64,000 nt of DNA, taken from NCBI RefSeq assembly GCF_009914755.1, contig NC_060925.1; one strand, 5' to 3'. The notes beneath the pieces were generated by a model, which did not search any database, had not been told where the DNA came from, and saw nothing but the letters and a program-made list of their open reading frames with translations. Source of the DNA: the human T2T-CHM13v2.0 reference genome, Homo sapiens. Positions 1 to 13,098 of this stretch are shown here, one piece after another. Position numbers and translations under genes: made by a program. Position 1 is the first letter of the stretch. Every line of letters starts with the position of its first letter.

Positions 1-339
1 AGTGAAAAATTAAAACTAGTAGAGTACAAAATGAAAAGCAAAAGCCTCCTCACATTCCCAGCTCAGTCCTTAAAACTTTAAACACTGGGATAAGAGACTG
101 ACATAAACTGAGATTGTTATATAAGTTTCACTTATAAAGGTGGTACTAGCCATATCTGAGTTTGATTAATAACCATATAATCATTTCCTTTTTCTTCTTT
201 GATGCACTTGCTATTGTGGAAAGCTAAGAACCATTGCAAAAGCAGGCAGGCAAACTTTAAATAATATTGGATGGCATTATGGTTTAGGGAAACAAAATGA
301 AACAAAAACAAAACAAAAGAGGAGACAAAGAATTAGCAA

Positions 340-520
340 GAGCTGAGCACCAGTTTAGAGTTATTTGTGTAAACATGAGTGAATCACTGGAGCTTTAGGC
401 CTCAGTTTTCTCATTTGTTAAAAAGAAAAACAGAATAGGAAGAGTATATTATTTATCACATCTATACCTACAATTGTTGTGAGGATAACATAAAACAAGT
501 GGCCATACCAGCATTTTGTA
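340..520 (+). mobile_element. MIR SINE fragment
   Basis: MIR core-like GCCTCAGTTTTCTCATTTGT...TTGTTGTGAGGATAA. Confidence 0.6.
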
Positions 521-3195
521 AAGGAGAATGCATTATACAGGTAAGAATTAACAAGTTTAAATCATTATCAAAAATAGCAGAGGCTAACTGATCTTTTAAT
601 GTAGAAGCCATTCTCATTAATGAATGTTCATAAATACTGGGAATAATACTTTAAAATATGTATTATGTAATTATGTAAATTCCAGTATAGATTTTTTCAA
701 CTAAATCTAAAACATATAGTTAAATTTTTATAAAAGGAAACATGTATTTGACTTAGCACATTGAGGAAAAGCATTTTTGTCATTCCTTCATTTATTCATT
801 CCATAAGTATTTGTTGGACAGCTACTTTGTGCATCTACTATGCATTTTATGTGATGAGATATAGCAGATAGCGAGATGTGTACAAGATAATTTCAGGTAT
901 CTGTTTTGAATTATACACTGTTCTGGGTTATAATTCCCAAACTTCACAGATGCCATGTTTTATCTGACATAGGTTTTATAATATACCAATGATTTTAAGC
1001 CACTTTATATTGTTTCAGTCAATTACAATATAAAACGGTGAATGATTTTAGAAGAATATTTATGCTAAAGTACAAATTATAGTCTATCTCCTATTATGGA
1101 GATTGAGCTACTTATAAGAAGAACTAATTTAGGTAAATACTAAAGTTTCACTGATTAGTAACAAATTTCAGTGAGGATAACAACATTTAAATATGTATAG
1201 ATAAAAATTCAAGATAATATTAGCATTAATATTTTATTGTTGCCCTCTGATCTCAGTTTTTCAAGCTCTTTTGTTTTTTATATTACATAGTAAGTCACAT
1301 ATGAAAGTAAATTGTGAGAGTATTAATAAAATATAAATTCAGAGTATTGATGGGCTTCTATGCCCATCAAACAGAGAAAATAAATTAATATATACACATT
1401 TAATTTGTCTTAGACTAAATACTTTTGTTTCTAAGTTTATATTTGGTCTGTAGCCTTAGCATCACTGAAATTATCATGAACTTTTCTTAGAGCTTTCATG
1501 GTAGTAATTTTACAATATTTTTATTTTCTGAATTAGTCTCTGATAGTCTCCTTAAATTCTGTGATTAATGTTTGGTTAGTGTTAGTATTTTCGAGCTAAT
1601 TTTATTTACAACATATCTTTTAAAGTCACATATTTATTTATGGTGATAGAGTGGAATACAACGGTCATTAAAACCACATAGTATGAAAATATGTAAGGCA
1701 AGCTTCAATTTTTATGAAATGTTTTTTCAGAGGAAGTTTTCAATAGATGCTGTATTTGAGAAATGTCCACTCAAAAGTTTGTTGGAGTTCAGTTTACAGT
1801 AAAGGTATGTGCCTTTATAGAAACCATTTATTTGATTTATATTTTAAAAACCATGCTTAACTTTATAGCAATGATTCAGCTGAGGGGAAATCTCTTAAAA
1901 TTATCTATATAGTCTTTTCCACATCCAGAGTTCCACCCTAATGGGATTTATGATCTGCATCCTCTTGATTTTTGCATAATAGAGCTACACAAGTGGCAGA
2001 AAGTGACTTTCTAATCTCCCTACATGAAATAGATATTCAAAAATTTCATATGTGCTAGTATATTCTAGAAGTTGCTGGGCTCATGTATACAATAGGGAGG
2101 GAAAAATAGAGAGGGCAATACAAGAATATTGTCATTGCAAAATAGCCTTTTAAAGGTGTGGTATACGAGACAAACTTTCCTAAACTCTACTGGATTTGTT
2201 TTTAAACTCGAACTATTTTTCTCCTGTTCTAGGTTTGAATGAGAGTGGAAGGTATAGTAAACATGGGGATGGAATTTTCATCCAAGCAAACAGGATGCCC
2301 TTGTTTAGGTCGTGTGCCATTCGCAGTTTTCCTCTCATAGTAAAACAAGCATTTATTTCTAAAATATGCACCAACCTTGTTGTTGTAATTACATAGAATT
2401 TATTCACTTAACTACCTTGAATATTTAAAATAATTGATCAATTTTTTTACTTTAATATAATCAAAACATGTATTTGTAGCCATGGATGGCATCTCTCAGG
2501 GGTTTTGTGCAAATTTTGTGCTTATGAGCTTTGCAATAGTCATGTGGCCAAACAATACAGAGAAATAGGAAATAAACATTTTATCCAATGTATGTCAAGC
2601 ATTGGTACACTTCTGTGATACAAACAGATTTAGGTTAGTCTTAGGTCAACTACTGTGTCTCTGAACATCCTTACCAGTCTGGCATTCTGATAAATTCTCC
2701 ACATAATGACATCTAGTTTTCATGAAAAAATTAATTCTCCCCTTCATTCTGAAAACTATTTATTGTTCTCCTACTATACACATATGCTGATCCATGTCTT
2801 CAGGATGAAAGATGAAAGATAAAGTTCCTGCCCTCAAAGTACTCATGATCTAGTGAGAAAGACAACGAGGTTAATCAATCAATAATTCTAGCAGAGTATG
2901 CTACATGTTATGAGAGAGGGGTACACAAAGTGGAAAACTGTTAAACCACATATGTCTACAAGCACCAGGTCAATTCATAGTCAGATGGTTATATTTTCCC
3001 TGCCTCATTATCGTACTCAATAAAGATGAATGAAGAAGTGAATTAATGAAAGAACCACAGACAGGCATTCTTGAAAATATTTTGTTCTTATATTCTGTAG
3101 GCTTTATCCCCTCAAAAACTTGTGTATATAAATGTTTGCTTAATTTTTACTACCTTGGTGAGTAATAGTGCATAATCATTGCAAAGCAGACCCTC

Positions 3196-3592
3196 TGCTA
3201 TAGGCTGAATTTTGTCCGTCCAAAATTCATAAATTGACATTCTAATCTTCAGAATGTAACCATATTTGGGGATGTGGTCTTTAAAGAGGTAATTAAGTCA
3301 AAATAAGGCCATTATGATGAGCCTTAATTCAATCGGACAGATGCCCTTATAAGAAGAGAAAATTTGGATGGGAATAAAGACACCAGGGTGTGCGTGTACA
3401 AAGAAAAGACCACGTAAGAACATTGCAAGAAGGCGGCAATTTGTAAGCCAAGGAGAGAGGCCTCAGAGGAAACCTAACCTATGGAAACCTTTGCCTTGGA
3501 CTTCTAGCACCCAGAACTGTAAGACAATACATTCCTGTTGTTTAAGCCACTCAGCCTGTATTTTGTCATGGCAGCCCTAGCTAACTAATATA
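3196..3592 (+). mobile_element. MaLR solo LTR (MLT1A/B-like)
   Basis: Starts TGCTATAGGCTGAATT..CAAAATTCAT and ends GCAGCCCTAGCTAACTAATATA; about 400 bp. Confidence 0.8.
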
Positions 3593-4229
3593 CCTACCAT
3601 TCCTGTGAGTGGATTAGAAATATACGTTATTATTTCAGGTCCGTAGTTAATTAAAACAGGGGTGTTATAAGGTCATGCAACAGTAGAATCACAAAAATTC
3701 CAGTTTATGTTTCATCACTTTTCTTTACTGACTTGGAAGAAATGGCCCCCTCTTTATCAATGCTACACTCTGCAGACCTATAATTTCCACTTTTATCTCC
3801 TCAAATTCACTAGTTCACAATATTAGACAGCTCTTATTGAAAATCAGCAGACTAGCTTTAAATTTTAAAAACTGAAGTTAACATTTGAATAAGAGACAAT
3901 TTAATTGACATGTTGTCTTCAAGAATACATTGATAATGCACTAAAGATATCAATGTTGTATTAATATTTTGAAACCACTGAATATAGTTAATAGTTTAAT
4001 GAAATTTCCCATCATTCTTTTACTTTAAACATCTGGTAGAAATTTACGATTTGGGAGTCAGCACATTGTGTAAGCACCAAAATTCTAGTCCTAGCGATGA
4101 CATTAACTAACTTTATGATTTCAGGCATATCAAATCAGTTTTCAGAATCTCTATTTCTTCACTGAGAAAATGGGAATAAAATTTGAACCCTTATACACAT
4201 CATTGGGTAATTTAAAGATTCACAGAAGT

Positions 4230-4547
4230 GGCCGGGTGCAGTGGCTCATGCCTGTAATCTCAGCACTTTGGGAAGCCAAGGTGGGCGGAATACTTGAGGT
4301 CAGGAGTTCGAGACCAGCCGGGCTAACACGGTGAAACCCTGTCTCTACTAAAAGTACAAAAATTAGCTGGGTGTGGTGGTGCATGCCTGTAATCGCAGCT
4401 ACTCAGGAGACTAAGGCAGGAGAATGGCTTGAACCCAGGAGGCGGGGTTGCAGTGAGCCAAAATCATTCTACTACACACCAGCCTGGGCGACAGAGTGAG
4501 ACCCTGTCTCAATAAATAAATGAATAAATAAATAAATAAATAAATAA
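4230..4547 (+). mobile_element. Full-length AluS with (AATA)n tail and a 15-bp target-site duplication
   Basis: GGCCGGGTGCAGTGGCTC start and both arms present; flanks AAAGATTCACAGAAG (4214-4228) and AAATATTCACAGAAG (4548-4562). Confidence 0.95.
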
Positions 4548-5996
4548 AAATATTCACAGAAGCTGGAATATGTGAAAATATTTTTGAAAGTATAAATTAT
4601 CAAAGAAAATCTCAGGAAATATTTATCTATTCTTGAAGTGAAGAAAATCTAAGTGTTTCTATTTAAGGAAGACACTATGCTGGAAAATATATCTAAATTT
4701 GAATTGACTACAAGTTTTAAAAATGTCTTAATTTAAAAACCACCATAAACAAAGTAAAAAAATACAAAAGACAAAGCGGAAAAAAATAACTGTCATATAG
4801 AGTGCATGCAAATGGTTAGCATCCTTCATATATATTAAAACATTTACAAAATAGGAAGAAGAATATATCATTTTAAATAATGCATAAACACATTTGTGGT
4901 ATTAATTTTAAAAAACTTAAAATGCACATACACAAAATGTTACATAAAAGAATGCTGAGCAAGCAATTTGGTAATAAGCTTAGTATATTATAAAGTGGTA
5001 AAAAGTTGTAAAACAGTCTGGTCCCAATTATATGTTTGTATCTGTGCTTTAATAATAAAAAAACAGACTTTAAATGCATAAGCCAAAATATAATTAGTGA
5101 TTGTGTCTGGTAGATAAAATTGTGGACAATTTGAATTTTTCTTTATATTTTTCCAAGTTTTCTTTAACATTTAAAATTTACCATTTTGTAGTAATTTTAT
5201 TTTTAAATTGTACTTAATTTTGAATGAATAATGCATTAATATATATTCATGGTACGATAGCCAAAATGTACAGAAGACCTTACATAAAAATTAAGACTCT
5301 CTCCACCTTTGTGTCACTATTACCCAGTTTTCTCCTAGGAATTTAGCAATTATTGAATTTATATGTATGCCTCCAGATGTAGTCTACATACATATAACCA
5401 AACAAATAAACATTAGCAGAATATAGAATATACTTTTCTGCACAAGTGCTTTACAATATACACTTTGAAGATATTCTCCTATTGATAAAGATTTGCTTGT
5501 TCTATTGTGTCCACATATTTTGTGTACATATTAGTTATTAGCCATAACTTGTTTAACTAGTAGTCTAGTGATGTTCATTACATTTTTAATTATGTTATGT
5601 TACATATGTGTGTGTATAGCCAGAAAAATCAAAACCTTTGAAACAATCTCAAGCACAATGAAATATTTGTGATGCTATTTATTACAAATTTGGTAACTTT
5701 TATTAGTGTCATATAGCCACAAGATTTAAGCAAGGTAACTGAAACAGAAGATAAAACAGTGTACAAATCAGGATATATAGGGTCATTGCAGTTTACCACT
5801 GTATTTTCAGCAATTCTCTTAACGTCCAGAAAATAGTAGTTATTATATATATTGAATATGTACAAATGAATAAGATAGGGCACTTAAACTATCTAGACTT
5901 CAGCTACAAAACCATTACCAGGGTCATGATGCGTTGTTAATGGTATTAGGAGGGCCCTGTTATGATGTCCTAACACAGACAATAAAAATCAAAAGA

Positions 5997-6085
5997 AATG
6001 TTCATCACAGCACTATTCATGATAGCAAAGACATGGAATCAACCTAAATGTCCATCACTGATAGAATGGTTAAAGAAAATGTGAT
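5997..6085 (+). mobile_element. Short L1 ORF2 3'-end fragment
   Basis: ATGTTCATCACAGCACTATTCATGATAGCAAAGACATGGAATCAACCTAAATGTCCATCA...AAAGAAAATGTG. Confidence 0.85.
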
Positions 6086-6843
6086 AGATAGATAGAGAGA
6101 GATATAGATATATCATAGATATATAATATATGATATATATGATATATATCACAGATATATAATATATGATATATATGATATATATCACAGATATATAATA
6201 TATGGTATATATGATATATCACAGATATATAATATATGATATATATGATATACATCACAGATATATAATATATGGTATATATGATATACATAACAGATAT
6301 ATAATATATATGATATATAGATATACATAACAGATATATAATATATATGATATATAGATCTACATCACACATATATTATATATGATATATAGATATACAT
6401 CACAGATATATAATATATATGATATATAGATATGTATCACAGATATATAATATATAAGATATATAGATATACATCACAGATATATAATATATATGATATA
6501 TAGATATACATCACAGATATATAATATATATGATATATAGATATACATCACAGATATATATATGATATATAGATATACATCACAGACATATAATATATAT
6601 GATATATAGATATATATCACAGATATATAAATGATATATAGATATATATCACAGATATATAAATGATATATAGATATATATCACAGATATATAAATGATA
6701 TATAGATATATATCACAGATATATAAATGATATATAGATATATATCACAGATATATAAATGATATATAGATATATATCACAGATATATAAATGATATATA
6801 GATATATATCACAGATATATAATATATACGATATATATATATA
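6086..6843. repeat. AT-rich minisatellite (VNTR), units of about 32-37 bp containing ATCACAGATATATA
   Basis: Six exact 32-bp copies of AAATGATATATAGATATATATCACAGATATAT at 6629-6820, preceded by more variable, mostly longer units. Confidence 0.95.
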
Positions 6844-8655
6844 AATCAAAATACACTGATAATATCAAATATACTGTTAAAGACATATTCAATTTAAGAT
6901 AGCTATCAAGTATTGGGGTGAGTGAAAAAGAAGTTTTCTTTCCAGTTTCATGAATGAGTCATTCCTTGACTGAAAGAAGTGACCTGACCTTTCCTAGGTA
7001 TTAATTTTTTTAATCTACAATACAGAGATACTATTTAGAAAAGAATTTGTAAAATTATCAAAGGAATTTTGTCCTTTAGGGAACCAAAGGATTTATATAG
7101 ACTCTCTAAAAAACAATAAAAAAAAACTGACAAAAGACATGAGGAAAGAATACTTTGAATTTAATTTCTGCCTTTTTTTTCTTCTTGTATATCCAACACA
7201 ACTGGATTCCCCTAATATCCCTGATATCTGTGTACTGGGCATTTCTCTATATCATTTACAGCTTTAGAGATTTTAATCCCTCTCTTCCTTTATTTTGAGA
7301 GAAAGGACATCCTCATAATCTGAGAATTCAGGGGCTGTTAATAATGGTATTCTCCTACAGTTTACTAAATTTCCTAAATCAGATAGAAAGACAAAGACCC
7401 TAAAGCTTATCCAGATGTGCTTTTATAATGATGTCACTAGGCTTTACCCCATAATTGAGCCCCCTATAAATATATGGTTGTAGGCTTAGTATCTACAGCA
7501 AGGTTAATGGAAATCTGCACCAAGGGTAAATACTTTAGCAGATTGTGTCATCAGGAAATATTTAAACACTATTTAAAAGGATTTAAAATAAGCAGATTTT
7601 ATTTTACACTGACTAATGCATATAAATACAATACAATAGAGCTGTTAACAAATAAACATAATGCGTTTCTCTCCTCTCCTCATCCTTTTGCCATCTGTAT
7701 TGTTAAGTCCAATTAGCTTCTTGCATTTAGTGTTCTAACCCACTTGTCCTTATGCCTGCTAAATGGAGAAAACAGCTACACAGACTCAGTCTTCGCTATG
7801 TTGAAGCAATGATATGTTCCAACTATGTGTTTTCTAAAGCACTGATTGTCTTGTGGTATTTCTGAAAATCCTTCAATGGTTCTCTCTTGCTTCAGAACAA
7901 AGTTCAAATATCTCAACATAACTTAGCACCTTTGATAATCTCAATCCCACCTTGCTTCTCACTATTGATTACTTACCCAGGGTGCACACTCATATTAAAC
8001 TCTTCCCTCTTTAATTTTTGTGAAATGCGCATTAATAGTTCTGTGTCTAGTGACTACGCAACCATGGTCCTTATGTTTGCCTGTTCCTCAGTTCTTAAAC
8101 TCGACTCTAAAGCCTGTGAACATTCTTCTGTGACACTTTATCTTCCACACTGGGTTGAACCCTTCTCTTTTGTTGTCACACATGTTACAGAATTTACCAC
8201 AGGTTGGACAGCATTCTATTTAGTTTTATGTATTTCTGTCTAAGCAATTGAACTGGGAATGATTTGAGGAAGAATGACAGTATCTTAGTTTTATAAATAA
8301 CTTCTAACCTCTGAGGTACATAGTACCTGCTCAACAAATATTTCCTGAGTTAAATTGAACATGAAGTTTAGAGACATGCTTTTTTTTTGCATGCAGAGGA
8401 TGTTTTGCATTAAGAATATTTATGATGATATAACAATAATTTCCTTATTTCTGCGACTAATAGCATGGGTTGTTGATTATTTACCATTTTTAGAAGAGTT
8501 ATGGGACCTATGCTAATCTTTTTATATGCACTATCACATTTAATTTTTATACTAAATCCCTAAAGTAGGTACTGTTGTTACCATTCTACCAGGAAACCAA
8601 GGCTTAGTAAGGTCACAGGGTAAGAACCATGCTTGAGTGATTCTGCTTCTGAACC

Positions 8656-9205
8656 TGTGGTAGGAAGAATTCTAAGAATGACTCCCAGTGACACACACCT
8701 ATATACAATTTTCCCCCTTTGAGTGTGGGTGGAATCTGTGAATTTCATGAGATATCACACTTATGATTATCTTACCTTATATGGAGAAAAGGAAATGAAT
8801 CCTGGTGGGTGCAAACTAACTACGAGCAATTTAAAGCAGAGTGTTTTCTCCAGCTGGAGGCAAAAGTCAGAGAGATTTGAAGCATGAGGGGGACTGGATA
8901 TCCTCCATCATTGAGATGGAGGGAGCCGTGTGAAAGGACCTGAGGTGGCCCCTAGAAGCTGATAGCAGCTCATGACTGACAGCCAACATGGAAACAGGGA
9001 CCTTGGCCTTACCACTGCAAGAAACTGAATTCAGCCAGCAACCTGAATGAGTCTAGAAGTGAATTATTTCCCAGAGCCTTCAGATGAGAGCCCAAACTGC
9101 CCCAACTCTTGATTTTGGCCTTGTAAAGCCCTAATTACGAACCCAATTAAATCCACCCAAATTTCTGATTTACAGAACTTTGAGTTAGTACAAGGTATTG
9201 CTTTA
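8656..9205 (+). mobile_element. MaLR LTR (MLT1E/F-like)
   Basis: Starts TGTGGTAGGAAGAATTCTAAGA; contains GAAACTGAATTCAGCCAGCAACCTGAATGAG. Confidence 0.7.
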
Positions 9206-9810
9206 ATACCTTCACTCCCAGGCCTGGCCCATAACAATCTGCCATGATGATCTCTCAATCTTCTTCCTCATCTGCTGTAGCAATGGAAATAACTCCAGAG
9301 CTCCCTTGGAAGTCATGTGTTAAATAAGACAGAATCTGAATCTGCATCTGCCTGCATTCCTGAATGACTGTGCAGAAAAAGGAAACTCTGTGGACCAAAC
9401 TTTGTATGCACTCAATGCTAAGTGAACAAGAAATAAACTTTTATTGTGTTTTCACTATTAAAAACTATCATCTCTCTGTATGTATATGTGTGTATGCTTA
9501 TAACATCTAGGTTATTCTAACAAATATAGAGAAGGTTTTATAAGATCTGAGAACTCAAGGAAGACAATGATTCAGCCATGTAAAGAACTGGGGAAAGTAA
9601 ATTCCAGTCAGAATGAACAGAAAGTTCAAAAGTCTGCATGTAGGAAAAGGCATGTGGTATTTCACAAAACAAACCAACAGAAATAGAAAACCAATGTAGT
9701 GTTGTAGAAATAAATGAGAATAAAAGAATGATATAAGGCTAAGAAAGTAGATAGGAGCCAGGTGATAAGTGTAATAGGGCAACAGCAGTTTGGATTTTAA
9801 GACTGGATGT

Positions 9811-10046
9811 GCAGATCTCTTGAGCTCAGGAGTTCAAGACCAGCCTGGGCAACATGGTGAAACCTCATCTCTACAAAAATTAGCCAGGTGTAGTGGCATG
9901 CACCTGTGGCCCCAGCTACTCGGGAGGCAAGAGGATCATTTGAGCCCAAGAGGTCGAGGCTGCAGTGAGCTGTGAATGCGCCACTGCACTCCATCCAGCC
10001 TGGGTGACACAGGAAGACCCTGTCTTAAAACAAGAACAGCAAAAAA
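9811..10046 (+). mobile_element. 5'-truncated AluJ inserted in L2
   Basis: GATCTCTTGAGCTCAGGAGTTCAAGACCAGCCTGGGCAACA...GAGGTCGAGGCTGCAGTGAGC (J-type diagnostics). Confidence 0.85.
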
Positions 10047-10600
10047 GTTTGGATGTGAAGGATGAAGGAGGAGTAATCAAAGATTAATGCTGGGTTTTTG
10101 TTTGGGAAAAAGAATGAATAGTGTTACTTTTCCCAAAGATAAAAAACTCAGAAAAAAGAGCACATTGGTAGGATGTGGCAGATAAAATAAATTCAGTTTT
10201 AAGGAGTTGGAGTAAAAACACTTGTAGCAGGAGTGCCCAATATGCAGTGAGAAAAATGTTCATGGCTTAGGAAAAATATCTGAAGACAAGGACTACTGAG
10301 TTTTCAAAGGGAGATTGTGTGGAATGTTTCAAGAGGAATCCTGGGGGAAACCAACATTTGTGCGTGGAAGAAAATGAGGAAGAGATCACACCAGAGCTTG
10401 AACAGTAATAGGGAAAATTGAGAAGGTGAGGTATCACAGACACCAAGAGAAGAATGTTCTGAGATGGAGGAATCATCAATAAAACATCATGAATTATACA
10501 ACCTCCACTCTGTCCCTGAATTGGAGACTACCAGAACATTGACAATCTAGGTGAGAACAGTTTCAACTGAGTGGCAAAGTAGTTGTGGAGTCAATGGAGG

Positions 10601-11105
10601 TGTAGTGGATTGAATTTTGTCCTCCCAAAAGGTATCTCCATGTTTTAACTCCCTGTACATGTGAATGTCACCTCATTTGAAAATAAGGTATTTGCAGATG
10701 TCATGAAGTTAAGTTGAGGTCATACTGAAAGACGGGGAGCCCTAAATTGAATATGACTGTTATCCTTAGAGGAGGAGAGAACTTTAGAAGAAGGGAAAAC
10801 ACTATGTAATGATACAAGCAGAGATTGGGGTGACGCAACTGCAAGCCACTGACTGCCAGGATACCACTGACTGACAGACACCTGCCAGAAACCACTGACT
10901 GTCAGAATACCACTGACTGCCAGAAACCACTGGAGGGCGGGATAGGCAAGGAAGGATTCTCCCCTACAGTTTTCAGAGAGACAATGGGCCTACTGATACC
11001 TTCATTTCAAACTTCTAGCCTCTCAAACTTCAAGAGAATACATTTCTATTGTGTTAAGGCATCCCATTTTGGGTATTGTATTAAGCAGCACTAGGAAACT
11101 AATCA
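10601..11105 (+). mobile_element. MaLR LTR (MLT1C/D-like) with an internal ~18-bp tandem amplification
   Basis: Starts TGTAGTGGATTGAATT and ends GCAGCACTAGGAAACTAATCA; CCACTGACTG repeated at 10846-10932. Confidence 0.8.
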
Positions 11106-11356
11106 CTCCTATAAAGAATCAAAGAAAGCAAGCCAGGGAAGTAAGAGATGTGATTGTGAAGATGCAAAAAGTAAGGCTGGGAGCATTCCAGATGGAATTG
11201 ATTATCACCTTTTCTAAATATTTTCATTACTGTCATGGGCCATATCCATCTTAAAACTGATTGTGAACACACACCTTAAATTCTCTAATATGTTTTAGGT
11301 ATTTCAGGAAAGTTTTAGAATGTTATTAATCACAGCATCAAATGCACAGCACTAGA

Positions 11357-11780
11357 GTTACAGGTTGAATTGTGTTCTCCCCAAAATTCATATGTTGAAG
11401 TCCTAGCCTCTAGAACTGCAGTTGTAATTAGCTCAGATGAGCTCAACAAGGTGGGCCCAAATCCAATATGACTAGTGTCCTTATAAAAAGGAGAAATTTG
11501 TACACAGATAAGCACACAGGGAAAACATTATGTGAAGATGATGGCAGAGATTGGGATGATTCATATACAATCAAGAAATGCCAAATATCGCCAGCAAACA
11601 ACCAAAACAAGGAGAGAGGGATGAAACAGATTCCTCCTCATAGCCTTCAGAAGAAACCAGTCTTGCCAATATCTTGATCTGGGACTCCCTGTCTCTAGAA
11701 GTGTGAGACAGTCAATTTCTGTTGTTTAAGCCATCTAGTTTGTGTTACTTTGTTACAATAGTCTTAGCAAGCTAAAACAC
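11357..11780 (+). mobile_element. MaLR LTR (MLT1B/C-like)
   Basis: GTTACAGGTTGAATTGTGTTCTCCCCAAAATTCATATGTTGAAGTCCTA...TTTAAGCCATCTAGTTTGTG. Confidence 0.8.
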
Positions 11781-13098
11781 ATAATTGAGCAACAAATATT
11801 TGTATATATTTGCTATATATTGGATGATTAAATGAAAAATCCTAAGCTACAGGAAAGCCTACCTCAATAAAATTGTTTACCAAGTTTAGCATGTTAATTA
11901 TATCCAAATTATGCATTGGTATTTATTGTTATTTTCTCTAAAATATTAATTTACTGAGTCTCAGTGTTTTTTCAACTTAATTCATTTAAACTCAATTCAG
12001 TGAGTTTGTTGGATGCCAGTTGGGTCCTTATTCCTATGTGAGATATTACAGAAATTTTGAAAATAAATAATGGCATAATAACTGTAACCAATGCACTTAC
12101 ATTCTTATTTTTAATCAAGATTTACTCCTTTGAAAATAAGTCAATATTGCAAGATAGAATGTGTCCAAATGACAAATGTGTAGGAATTTGATATGGAAGA
12201 GTCTATGAGTCAAATGAAGATGTGGGAATTGAGGTAGATCATCAAATATACATAACGTTTTGATGGTGGTAGATAGTGCTAGAGGTCATCTATGGTATTG
12301 GCTAGAAGGAAATTAGTAAGACGATCAACCTGATTAAATATAAGGTGAAGACTAGGGAAAACTAGAGATAAGTATTAATGGTTAAGTGTAGTCAGGTTCC
12401 CGAAATTTCTTTCCTTTCTATCAATTTTATCACATATATTAAAATTGGGAATAACATTACAAAAAGAATCTGACTTCTAATATCCAAACTGTAGAGAATT
12501 TAAAAGATTGAACGACCCTCAAGGAAAAGAAAAAAAAGCAATACCAGACTCCCATTATTAAGAGATAATCACTATTAGTATTTTGGTATATGTCCATATG
12601 GGGACATACCTATATATGTATATGTACACATCCATGTATATGTATCTATGTATATACACATATATTTTAACGAATTAGACTCAAATATGTGTAAAATATT
12701 TGTTGTTATTATCTTTCCAAATTAAATATTTTTCTACAGCATCATAAACTTTATGGTCACACAACATTACATTGTTGGAAACTCAGAATGGTTTATATGG
12801 TTTGTTTGTTGCTAGTGTACACGGGTCAGTGACTTCATGTGCTAAATTCTAATTGCACAGATGAAGCATTTCTATAATTATTTTCTAGATCTGAACTTGG
12901 AGAAAGAGGTAGATGTTTCAGTTTGCAAATTTTCCAATGGCTTTCTGGAAGACAGGAATTTAACAACTAACAACATCTTAGCAATTGCCTGTAGATCAGA
13001 GGGTTCTGAATGTAGGTACAGGAACACAAAAAATTGTTGTACTGATTTACTCTCCCTCCTATATCTCTAAGAAAAAGACAGTGACAAAAGAGAACATA

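Noticed and set aside
6070-6372. Ile/Tyr-rich 100-aa ORF
   Set aside because: An artefact of the AT-rich VNTR.
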